Shown one piece after another: positions 45,701-54,375 of a DNA stretch of 64,000 bases. Each line of letters begins with the position of its first letter. Positions within the stretch are counted from its first letter, which is position 1. Both the position numbers and the translations under genes were made by a program. Origin of the DNA: an uncultured Poribacteria bacterium (GTDB lineage: Bacteria > Poribacteria > WGA-4E > WGA-3G); the NCBI GenBank assembly GCA_958296135.2, contig CATQHZ020000001.1:3747902-3811901 (forward strand), given 5' to 3'. The notes below the pieces were generated by a model. The model was given only the letters and a program-made list of their open reading frames with translations. It had not been told where the DNA came from and made no database searches.

Positions 45701-46564
45701 ATGCGCTATCATCTGGAAAACGCCTTCTCTCATATCATGCATGCAGGCATCGCAAATCTGATGAGCCTTCTCAGCATCGCGTTTACGATTGTGCTGCTCA
45801 CAATCTTATTGCTCAACCACACTTTTATTGCACAGCAGCTGACATTGGCGAAAGACGCGCCGACGCTCGTCGCATTTCTCAAGGACACCGTCAACGAGCC
45901 AAAAGGACGCGCGTTCGTAAGCCACATTGAGAAAGACGAACGCATCAGCAGTGTGTATTATGTCTCAAAGTCAGAAGAACTCGCACGCGGCGAAACCAAA
46001 TTTAAGGATGTAGGCCGCCTCATTAAAGAGGCTTTTCCCGGAGTTATCCCTTTTCAAGCCTCACTTGAAATTTATATAGACGAAGAGATTGTAACACGGC
46101 GAGCCTTAGAACAAATCGCTTTGGATATTAAAGCGTATGACGAAATCGAGGATGTCATGCTGAAGGGACAAGGCGTGCTGAACGAGTTGTTGCGCGACGC
46201 GGCGCGGCTAACGTTCGCCGCACTTGCTGTCGCCATCGCGATATGCTGGCTGATTATCCGTCACACCGTCGGAAAGACGCTGGCAGCCCGCAAGGACGAA
46301 CTCGCACTCATGGAACTCCTCGGCGCGTTCCCGCGCTACTTCCTCATTCCGCTCCTCATGCACGGGATTTTCCTGGGCGCGTTCGGAACAGGATGTGGAC
46401 TCGGCGTTTTCTACGGCTTGTTTGTCATGTTCAGATATCAACTGGGCGCGGTGCATGTTCTACCGATTTATCAGCCGATTGCCATCGTCATCGGTGGCAT
46501 AACAATTGGCATAATCGCCGGTATCTTCGCGCACAGGAAATTAACGCAAGGAAATGAAAAATGA
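45701..46564 (+). CDS. ftsX: cell-division permease-like protein FtsX
   Basis: Start set at ATG 45701 (MRYHLENAFSHIMHAGIANLMSLLSIAF). It has one N-terminal TM helix, a periplasmic domain and three C-terminal TM helices. The stop overlaps the polX ATG (ATGA). Confidence 0.75.
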   Translation: MRYHLENAFSHIMHAGIANLMSLLSIAFTIVLLTILLLNHTFIAQQLTLAKDAPTLVAFLKDTVNEPKGRAFVSHIEKDERISSVYYVSKSEELARGETKFKDVGRLIKEAFPGVIPFQASLEIYIDEEIVTRRALEQIALDIKAYDEIEDVMLKGQGVLNELLRDAARLTFAALAVAIAICWLIIRHTVGKTLAARKDELALMELLGAFPRYFLIPLLMHGIFLGAFGTGCGLGVFYGLFVMFRYQLGAVHVLPIYQPIAIVIGGITIGIIAGIFAHRKLTQGNEK

Positions 46565-48267
46565 AAAATCGTGACATCAGTGCCATCTTCAGAGCCATCG
46601 GCGCGCTTTTGCAAATCCGCGGTGACGATGCCTACCGCGCACGCATTTACGAACGCGCCGCCGACATCATTGATGGCTTAGCCCGTGAACTCGCTGAGAT
46701 GCACACCCTAGCAGAATTCCGCGCCATACCCGGCATCGGCAAAGCCATTGAAGACAAAACAGCCGAAATGATTGAAACGGGACGCTGCAAATTCTACGAT
46801 GAACTCACGACTGAAATGGGGACAGAAGTGTTGGAGTTGTTGGAAATCCGCGGCATCGGCGTGAAAACCGCCAGCAGGTTCTATAACGAACTCGGCATCC
46901 GAAACATCGATGACCTCGGGGAAGCACTAGACAGTGGACAACTCAGAAGAATGAAGGGCACCGGCAAGAAAAGCCTGAAACTCATCGCCGAAAGCTTGAA
47001 GTTTCACGCAGAACAGAAGGGGACACGGCCACTGCAGGATGCACTGAACATTGCCGAACGGCTTGCCGAACTTGTGAAAACGGCACGGATAAAACGCCAC
47101 GAATTCACCGGCGCGCTACGCCGACGCGAAGAAATCTGTCGCGGCATCGACATGGTTGTGGAGGCCGATGGAGAAATAGGGGCTACCCAGCAATCGCTAC
47201 TAGAACTTATTGGCGAAGATGCCTCGGTGCCGGACAGGGATACCAACTGCATTCAATTCCACATCAATCGGGATTTTCCGGTGACTCTCCATATCTGCAC
47301 CGCTGACGCATACAATGCAACGCGCTTCCGCACCACTGCCACCGAGGAACATCTCGCCGCACTCCCTCAGACTGAAGAAGGTAAGGGCGGATGTCTCTAT
47401 CCGCCCACCCCCGATACGGAAGCCGCCATCTATCAAAAAATGGGTTTACCCTATATTCCCCCGGAACTCCGAGGGGATGCAGACTCCATCACCGCAGCGG
47501 CGGAAGGCACCTTGCCCCGGCTTGTGGCACGCAGCGACTTACGCGGCGATCTTCACGCACACACCGACTGGAGTGACGGCCGAAACACCCTCCGAGACAT
47601 GGTAGAAGCGGCGAAAGCGGCAGGGTTTGAATACATCGCCATCACCGATCATTCTGTCTCCTCTACCGTTGCCAAAGGGTTAGACAGAGAACGGTTGTTG
47701 CGCCAGATCGAACAAGTTCGCGAGTTGGACGCAGAGATTGAGGGCATCACAGTGCTTGCCGGTTCGGAGGTGGATATTCGCGAATATGGGCACCTCGATT
47801 TTCCGGAGAGAATTTTGGAGCAACTGGATATCGTCGTCGCAAGCGTTCACAGTCATTTCTCGCTTTCGGAAGAACGGATGACGCAGCGTATCGTTCGCGC
47901 GATTGAGAGCCCGTTCGTCCACATTATTGGGCATCCTACTGGCAGGTTGCTTGGCAGACGGCCGATGTATCCGCTCAATCTTGAGGAGATTATTGCAGCC
48001 GCCGCAGCAAACGGGACGGTGTTGGAAATCAACAGTGCCCCGAGCCGCTTGGATCTGGGGCCTGAATTTGTTCGTCAGGCGAAGCGCGCCGGAGTGCAGT
48101 TAGCAGTCAACACAGATGCGCATGCGATTGCGCAACTAGAGCATCGTCGTTTCGGCATTAACGTCGCCCGTCGCGGATGGCTGACGAAAGCGGAAGTCAT
48201 CAATACCTATACTTTGGATGAACTCAACGCGGCGTTCGGCATCGGAAGCAGTCGCCAAAGAAAGTAG
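46561..48267 (+). CDS. polX: family X DNA polymerase with a C-terminal PHP domain
   Basis: 568 aa. N-terminal HhH region AIFRAIGALLQIRGDDAYRARIYERAA, nucleotidyltransferase block GALRRREEICRGIDMVV, and PHP GDLHAHTDWSDG ... SVHSHF ... INSAPSRLD. Confidence 0.85.
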   Translation: MKNRDISAIFRAIGALLQIRGDDAYRARIYERAADIIDGLARELAEMHTLAEFRAIPGIGKAIEDKTAEMIETGRCKFYDELTTEMGTEVLELLEIRGIGVKTASRFYNELGIRNIDDLGEALDSGQLRRMKGTGKKSLKLIAESLKFHAEQKGTRPLQDALNIAERLAELVKTARIKRHEFTGALRRREEICRGIDMVVEADGEIGATQQSLLELIGEDASVPDRDTNCIQFHINRDFPVTLHICTADAYNATRFRTTATEEHLAALPQTEEGKGGCLYPPTPDTEAAIYQKMGLPYIPPELRGDADSITAAAEGTLPRLVARSDLRGDLHAHTDWSDGRNTLRDMVEAAKAAGFEYIAITDHSVSSTVAKGLDRERLLRQIEQVRELDAEIEGITVLAGSEVDIREYGHLDFPERILEQLDIVVASVHSHFSLSEERMTQRIVRAIESPFVHIIGHPTGRLLGRRPMYPLNLEEIIAAAAANGTVLEINSAPSRLDLGPEFVRQAKRAGVQLAVNTDAHAIAQLEHRRFGINVARRGWLTKAEVINTYTLDELNAAFGIGSSRQRK

Positions 48268-48299
48268 CCCGTAACTCGTGATACATGTATGGTTTTCTG

Positions 48300-48629
48300 A
48301 TGCAGATTACTTCGTCACAAAAACTGAACGATTTTTCCCAGAGACATCCGAACAGCAAACCGGGCCTGGCTCGCTGGCGTGAATTGATAGCGCAAGCCAA
48401 TTTCAATTCAATCGTTGCTGTGCGTGAAGTGTTTCCGCACGCCGATCTGGTGAAGAAGAACGTGTCTACGCCACTCGGACAACCTGCACGCGAAATGACA
48501 TATACCGTGTTCAACATTGGCGGCAACAAAACACGCCTCGTTACAACAATCCGATATGAATTACGACGTATTCGCGTCCATTATGTGTTCACGCACGCCG
48601 AGTATGAGAAATGGCTCAAGAGAGGTTAA
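48300..48629 (+). CDS. higB: HigB-family (E. coli YgjN-type) mRNA-interferase toxin
   Basis: MQITSSQKLNDFSQRHPNSKPGLARW...VFPHADLV...YTVFNIGGNKTRLVTTIRY...VFTHAEYEKW follows the pattern of E. coli HigB (ITQKAL..KYP..K..L......VFPSLD...YVFNVGGNELRVV....V.THKEYD). Confidence 0.8.
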   Translation: MQITSSQKLNDFSQRHPNSKPGLARWRELIAQANFNSIVAVREVFPHADLVKKNVSTPLGQPAREMTYTVFNIGGNKTRLVTTIRYELRRIRVHYVFTHAEYEKWLKRG

Positions 48630-48635
48630 GAACCC

Positions 48636-49625
48636 ATGTTAAGTCCGATACAAACCACGCAAAATGTATTACCGTTGCCGATTCTTTCTGTCTCCGCTGA
48701 AGTGAATCCGCCAGAGCCCTTTGTTTCGCAGCAGTCTCACTTACCGGAAGTGAATCACGTTCCTGAGGCAGCCCTCCTTCCGGAAGATTCAATTCCCTGG
48801 CTGCTAAGCGTCCAAGAGCTGCTAACCGAGCTCGTGAGTCGGAACGCCGCTCTCCGCTGCGTCACGGTGACAGAAGATGAATACGAACACCTCTCCGCAA
48901 TAATAGACGAGTTAACTTGGAGTGTTGGGGATGATGAAACGCATCCCTTAGCCGCCGCAGAAGCATGTGTCGGTGATTTTATGAGGAATTACGAAGATAA
49001 AAACTTCCCCAAAATGAGGGACCTCTGGCCGGAACTCCGCGAACAGGACCCGATTATCCAAGAAATTCTCGACAAGACCGGGGCGAATAAGAGGCACCTT
49101 TACGTCCCCACAGAAGAAGAGGTGGCCATTGATGCCTTTTTCGGCCTTGGAGGCTACCTGTGGGAAAAGGGACTGGGAGAACAAGCCATCTCGGCTTACG
49201 ACACGGCTCTCCACCTGAAACCCGATTATGCAGCGGCTTATTGCAACCGCGGGAGTATCCATTACGCCCTCGGCAACCACGCGGCGGCGATCCAGGATTA
49301 CAACGAAGCCATCCAACTACAGCCAGAGCGGGTAGAAGGCCATTTTAACCGCGCCGTGACGAAGTTTCAGATGCAGGACTATGCCGATGCAATTCGCGAT
49401 TACGACGCGGCCCTCGCACGAAAACCGGATTATGCGGACGCTTATGTGGGCCGCGCCCACGCAAAATTCGCAATGCACCAGTACGCCGAAGCAACGCGCG
49501 ACTACGATGAGGCACTGCGTCTCACTCCAAACGACGAGGTGCGTTACTATCGAAACATCGCGCAAGCCCGCGCAACAAACGGAGACTCGCCGCTTACAGA
49601 AGGAAACCAAAAGGAGCAAACATGA
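48636..49625 (+). CDS. HigA-N-terminal-like region fused to TPR repeats (no HTH seen); putative atypical antitoxin
   Basis: Residues ~75-125 (VTEDEYEHLSAIIDELTWSVGDDETHPLAAAEACVGDFMRNYEDKNFP) match the N-terminal pattern of E. coli HigA (NEEQYTQALELVDHLLLNDPENPLLDLVCAKITAWEESAPEF). The C-terminal 170 aa are five TPR-like units (AISAYDTALHLKPDYAAAYCNRG...). Confidence 0.6.
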   Translation: MLSPIQTTQNVLPLPILSVSAEVNPPEPFVSQQSHLPEVNHVPEAALLPEDSIPWLLSVQELLTELVSRNAALRCVTVTEDEYEHLSAIIDELTWSVGDDETHPLAAAEACVGDFMRNYEDKNFPKMRDLWPELREQDPIIQEILDKTGANKRHLYVPTEEEVAIDAFFGLGGYLWEKGLGEQAISAYDTALHLKPDYAAAYCNRGSIHYALGNHAAAIQDYNEAIQLQPERVEGHFNRAVTKFQMQDYADAIRDYDAALARKPDYADAYVGRAHAKFAMHQYAEATRDYDEALRLTPNDEVRYYRNIAQARATNGDSPLTEGNQKEQT

Positions 49626-51568
49626 AAACACTGACACACCTTGCACCCGCAAAACGCGCGATTATCATCGGTATGGACGGGGCAAGCATGGAACTCGTCA
49701 AAAACTCTATCGACTGGGGACACGCACCGAACATGGCACACCTGCTTAACACCGGCGTGTATCGCCCGATGATAGGCGTGTTCCCGACGCTCACACCACC
49801 CGGCTGGACAGCACTCTCCACCGGCTCATGGCCCGGCACGCACAAGGTGATGGATTTTAACATCCGCGCCCTCGGCGAACAACTGGACAAGAGCGTATGG
49901 GGTATCAACACAGGGCTTTGTCAATCCGAATACCTGTGGAATCTCGTTGAACGTGCCGGCGGTAAACCGATTTTGGTAAAATGGGAGATGTCCTGGCCGC
50001 CCACCGTCAAAACGGGGATTCAGGTGGAGGGAACGGGCCCCGGGGTATCTAATCACCACCAGATTGCAGGGTATCACCTCTTCGTTGCCGGGAAATGGGC
50101 ACCGCGTCCCATCGGCGGCCAACGCGATCCGGAAACCTTAGACCCGAGCGCGCTGCAGAAAATTCAACACATCGATCCTGTAGAAATCCAACCTGTCCCT
50201 CAGGCCCGCCAGGGAGAATTTCCATACCCGCCCTCAGAGAAGCCTGTGCTGGCAGTTGAATTGACTATCCAACCCTTAGCGCGCGGCAGAGAGGATATGA
50301 ACCGCGGCGAAACTGGAACACCGAAACCGTTTTACGGGTTCATCTATGCCTCCGGCGAAAACGGATACGACAAAATACGCATCTGCCGAACCCGTTCCGG
50401 CGACGATGTCATCGCCGAACTCGGCGTGGGAGAGTGGAGTGACTGGTGGCTAGATGCTTTTGAAATCGATGGCGAAGAAGTGGAAGGCTACGTGCGGATG
50501 AAGCTGGTAACGCTTACGCCGAACGCCGATGCGTTTGAGTTATTCGTGCCGCAGATCTGGCCCCGAGAGGGATACACGGTGCCTGCAGCTGTCGCGACGA
50601 CAATCGACGAAGAAATCGGTTCGTTCCTTCAGAATCCGGCGCGCGACGCGCTTGGGCAACTAGACGACGATACCTATTTTGAGCTGCTGGAGTATCACCA
50701 CCAACGCCTCGCCGATGTGGCAACGCACCTCGCCAAAAACAACGACGAGTGGGACGTGCTGATGGTAGAGACGCACGCGCCCGACTACGCCAGCCATTTC
50801 TTCCTCAGCCAAGCGGATGAAATCAGCGGTGCGGCTCCTGAAACCATCCACCGATGCCGTGAAGGCTTGCGCCGCACATACCAATCCGTCGATAGGATGA
50901 TAGGACGGTTGATGCAACTCGCCGATGAAGACACCGTCATCCTCGTCTGTTCCGACCACGGTGGCACGCCAAACCAATTCCGGGCTGTCGATATTGAGAA
51001 AGTGTTGGAGGAGACAGGATTCATCGTCCGCGCCGAAGATGGGGAGATTGACTGGAGCAAAACCCGCGCTGTCAATGTCGGCTTGGTGCATATCTTCATC
51101 AACTTAGCTGGGCGCGAACCGAACGGCATCGTCGCACCGGCAGACTATGAGGCGACGCAACGTGAAATTATTGCAGCACTCCACGCTTATCAAGATGCAG
51201 AGACAGGAAGACATCCCTTTACCTTAGCGGTAACGCGCGCGGATGCGGAGATGCTCAATTTACACGGCGAGCTCGTTGGAGACGTTGTCTACGCGTTGCG
51301 GCCGGAGTTCGATGGCGCGCACGGGAAGCAGCTGCCTTCCGTCAGTTTCGGCATTGGTGGGCAGCATTCGACGTTTATTCTATCAGGTGCAGGCGTTCGG
51401 GAAGGTGTTGCTTTGCAGCGGCAAGTCCGCGTCGTTGATGTTGCGCCGACGCTTTGCTACTTGCTAGGACTCCCGATGCCAGCGAACGTCGAAGGCGGCG
51501 TGGTTTATGAAGCGTTAGAGGATGCGAATTGGCATTTGACGCGGCTGGCAGAATTGTCCAATCGTTAA
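49622..51568 (+). CDS. alkaline-phosphatase-superfamily protein (nucleotide pyrophosphatase/phosphodiesterase type)
   Basis: 648 aa. IIIGMDGAS, PTLTPPGWTALSTG (nucleophile region) and VCSDHGG. The ATG overlaps the upstream stop (ATGA). Confidence 0.7.
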   Translation: MKTLTHLAPAKRAIIIGMDGASMELVKNSIDWGHAPNMAHLLNTGVYRPMIGVFPTLTPPGWTALSTGSWPGTHKVMDFNIRALGEQLDKSVWGINTGLCQSEYLWNLVERAGGKPILVKWEMSWPPTVKTGIQVEGTGPGVSNHHQIAGYHLFVAGKWAPRPIGGQRDPETLDPSALQKIQHIDPVEIQPVPQARQGEFPYPPSEKPVLAVELTIQPLARGREDMNRGETGTPKPFYGFIYASGENGYDKIRICRTRSGDDVIAELGVGEWSDWWLDAFEIDGEEVEGYVRMKLVTLTPNADAFELFVPQIWPREGYTVPAAVATTIDEEIGSFLQNPARDALGQLDDDTYFELLEYHHQRLADVATHLAKNNDEWDVLMVETHAPDYASHFFLSQADEISGAAPETIHRCREGLRRTYQSVDRMIGRLMQLADEDTVILVCSDHGGTPNQFRAVDIEKVLEETGFIVRAEDGEIDWSKTRAVNVGLVHIFINLAGREPNGIVAPADYEATQREIIAALHAYQDAETGRHPFTLAVTRADAEMLNLHGELVGDVVYALRPEFDGAHGKQLPSVSFGIGGQHSTFILSGAGVREGVALQRQVRVVDVAPTLCYLLGLPMPANVEGGVVYEALEDANWHLTRLAELSNR

Positions 51569-51583
51569 ATCGCTCCATTCACC

Positions 51584-51858
51584 GTAGGGCGAGGCCCTGT
51601 GCCTCGCCATGCCACGTGCCACCTTTTCACCGTAGGGCGAGGTCTTGTGCCTCGCCATGCATCGGTCGACTCAAAAATGCCAGGCTCCGGACAGTTCTCT
51701 ATCGAGCGAGGGATCGCGGCGGACAGTGGACATCTCTGCAGCGGGACTGCAGAGATGCCAGCGTTTCGGCGTGACGGCCACCGCCCTACGGACGGGAGGC
51801 GCCTCGGCTGTTTTTCGTTTCGAGCGGGAGACCGCGACAGACAAGCCCCGCGCTACGG
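51584..51858. repeat. family-1 GTAG repeats, a partial composite element and inverted repeats
   Basis: caccGTAGGGCGAGGCCCTGTGCCTCGCC and caccGTAGGGCGAGGTCTTGTGCCTCGCC. GGACAGTGGACATCTCTGCAGCGGGACTGCAGAGATG at 51721. ...CCGCCCTACGG and CCCCGCGCTACGG. Confidence 0.85.
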
Positions 51859-51888
51859 TAAAAGGCAGTAGGATTCGTTAAAAAAGTC

Positions 51889-53379
51889 CTAAGGCACCCG
51901 ATGAATATAAACATCATAATCCTCACCGCGCGCATCACTCCAGACGATAATGGCTTTCCCAGCACCAGCCACTACTGCCTGCGGTGAGATTTGCTCTTTC
52001 TTCGCGGTGCAGACCGGCACCCCATCTGTTTCCCACAGAACCTCGCCATTAGCACTAAGGCGTTGCGCATAGATGGCATCCTCGGTGGTATCGCCGAAGT
52101 CTTCGCGGTAATCAAGCCAATAGGCTATCGCGCCGCCATCACCTGCGGCGACGAGCCGCGGCTCACGCTGGACCCCGGCACCGGTGCAGACCGGCACTCC
52201 CTCCATTGCCCAAAGCACTTCGCCTGCCGCGCTCACCCGCTGCGCATAGATGTCGGCGAAGATATCGCGCTCATCCCACCAAACGACGATGAAGCCGCCC
52301 GCGCCATCCGGCAGACAACTCGGCTGCTGCTGATTCACAGCCAACGTGCAGATAGGCATCCCATCCTTCTGCCAAAGCGCGGTGCCATCGGCATTGACAT
52401 GCTGCGCATACAACTGCGCACTCGTGTAGAAACGCGGATCGTTGCGATAATCTGACCAGGTGAAGAACGCCCCACCGTTCGCATCGCTGACGACAGCTGG
52501 GCCTCCCTGATTGCCCATCGCTGTGCAGATAGGCATCGCGGGCGAACCTGTTGTAGGCGCGCTTTGGAAGCGCGCATCTAAACCCCACATCGGTACGCCT
52601 GCTGCAGACAGGCGTTGCGCGAAGATGTTCCAATCCGGCGTGCTGATGTCCCACCATGCAAAAATCGCGCCGCCCGCGCCATCGGCGATTAAAACCGGGT
52701 CATACTGGTCCCCCTCGCCTTTGTAGGCAGGAACGCCGTTTTCTTCCCAAACCGGTTTTCCGGTGCCGTCAATTTTCTGTGCATAGACATCTTGATTGCC
52801 GTTTCGCCAGTCTTCCCACGTCACAATCACGCCGCCCGCGCCATCGGCGATGGCTTTCAGGCCGTCTTGTAAGGACGGTTCGGTGCAGACAGAGATGCCT
52901 TCGGGTTGCCACAATTTTGTGCCGCTTGCGTCAATGCGTTGCGCGTAGATGTCTTGGTTGCCGTAGCGCGTATCTCCCCAGACAACGATGGCACCGTCGT
53001 CTCCATCGGCTACAATCAGGGGCCAACTTTGCGCGGCGGGCGTATCACAAACGGGGATGCCATCGGGGTTCCAGAGCATCTCGCCGGTTGCGCTGACGCG
53101 CTGTGCGTAGATGTCGCGGTTTGCATCGCGGGCATCACTCCACGCCACGATGGCACCGCCCGCACCATCGGCGATTAGCACAGGGAAGTGTTGTTCGTTC
53201 TTCGCAGTGCAGAGCGGCACATTTTCTGTCGGCGAGGCAACCCAGGCTGCGAAAGCGGTGCCGATGCTCAGCAGAAGAGAAAGCAGGCAGACGCTGAACC
53301 ATTCGGGCCGCCAATAACGTAACACAGCCCTAGAAAAATTATGGAGAAAAAGTGGGTTCCTGGTCGAGGATATAGCCAA
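51889..53379 (-). CDS. secreted repeat protein with about eight ~55-aa (D/N)IYAQR-type repeats (propeller-like)
   Basis: Motif D(I/V)YAQR(V/I)xxxGxxLW...G(I/V)PVCT...DGAGGAI recurs 7-8 times. Signal-like WFSVCLLSLLLSIGTAFAAW. Start uncertain (TTG 53379 or GTG 53325). Confidence 0.65.
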   Translation of the reverse strand: MAISSTRNPLFLHNFSRAVLRYWRPEWFSVCLLSLLLSIGTAFAAWVASPTENVPLCTAKNEQHFPVLIADGAGGAIVAWSDARDANRDIYAQRVSATGEMLWNPDGIPVCDTPAAQSWPLIVADGDDGAIVVWGDTRYGNQDIYAQRIDASGTKLWQPEGISVCTEPSLQDGLKAIADGAGGVIVTWEDWRNGNQDVYAQKIDGTGKPVWEENGVPAYKGEGDQYDPVLIADGAGGAIFAWWDISTPDWNIFAQRLSAAGVPMWGLDARFQSAPTTGSPAMPICTAMGNQGGPAVVSDANGGAFFTWSDYRNDPRFYTSAQLYAQHVNADGTALWQKDGMPICTLAVNQQQPSCLPDGAGGFIVVWWDERDIFADIYAQRVSAAGEVLWAMEGVPVCTGAGVQREPRLVAAGDGGAIAYWLDYREDFGDTTEDAIYAQRLSANGEVLWETDGVPVCTAKKEQISPQAVVAGAGKAIIVWSDARGEDYDVYIHRVP

Positions 53380-54313
53380 TTGGGTTTACCCATTTTCTTT
53401 TGCGGGTGTCGTAAACGCCGTAGTGGAGATGCGGTCCGGTGCTGCGTCCCGTGTTTCCGACGTAGCCGATGACTTGCCCGCGTTTCACTTTCTGTCCTAC
53501 CTTGAGTCCGTCCACGTAACCCTTCAGATGCGCATACAAGGTTTTCAGGTGCTGTGGCGCGTGGTTCAACTCAATCATCTTGCCGAGGTATGCGTCCCGT
53601 TTTATTTTCGTAACGGTTCCATCGCCCGGCGCGAGGACTGGCACGCCTGAGCGGGTTTTGATGTCCAGTCCCCGGTGAAATTCGCGTTTTTTCGTCAAGG
53701 GATGGATGCGCGTCCCGAACGGCGAAGAATACCAGAAAACCCGCTTCTGGTTTCCTTCTGCCACTTCCAATTGAACCGGCAGCACTGAGGGATACCCGTT
53801 CGCTTGTTCTTCATGCTCGACAACGTAATCGTAAAGCGGCTGAATCTCCTGTCTCAGGATGCCGGGCGTGAGAGGTTGCGTCTCGGTATTTCCGCCGTAT
53901 GTTTCGGAGTCGGTGGGCGCGTGGTTCGTACCCGCTGGTTCCCCAAAATCGGTTTCGGTTTCCGAGTCCGATGTCGGTTCATAAGTACCGCCGCCTTGTC
54001 CGAGGATGCCCAACCCCTGTTTGACCTTCACGGCCATGTCGCGGATATCGTTCATTTCCGATTCAACGTTTTCGAGCGCTGTCTCAACGATGAGTTTCTC
54101 CTGCTCCAAGCGTTCAATTCTCTCCAATGAATCTTGTCGTTGTTTTTCGGCGGTAACCGATTTCTTTTTTTGGAAGAGTCCGTAGCCTATCCCGCCGCCT
54201 GTCCCCACAACGGCGAGGAGCACAACGAGCGCGAGTAGCAATAAGTGCCACGGTCCGATTGGATGCTGGCGGAAGGACTTACCGCCCGATGACATAATAA
54301 TGAAGGTATACAT
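53339..54313 (-). CDS. M23-family metallopeptidase with an N-terminal TM helix and coiled coil
   Basis: HRGLDIKT, GYVGNTGRSTGPHLHYGV (HxH) motifs. TM WHLLLLALVVLLAVV. Coiled coil EKQRQDSLERIERLEQEKLIVETALENVESEM. Start candidates are 54313 (preferred, AAGGA upstream), 54370 (GTG) and 54295. Confidence 0.8.
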   Translation of the reverse strand: MYTFIIMSSGGKSFRQHPIGPWHLLLLALVVLLAVVGTGGGIGYGLFQKKKSVTAEKQRQDSLERIERLEQEKLIVETALENVESEMNDIRDMAVKVKQGLGILGQGGGTYEPTSDSETETDFGEPAGTNHAPTDSETYGGNTETQPLTPGILRQEIQPLYDYVVEHEEQANGYPSVLPVQLEVAEGNQKRVFWYSSPFGTRIHPLTKKREFHRGLDIKTRSGVPVLAPGDGTVTKIKRDAYLGKMIELNHAPQHLKTLYAHLKGYVDGLKVGQKVKRGQVIGYVGNTGRSTGPHLHYGVYDTRKRKWVNPIGYILDQEPTFSP

Positions 54314-54375
54314 CAAGAAGTTATCCTTTGCGATTGAAGTTGCAGTGGCGGTAGGCGTGCTTACCGCCACGTCGA

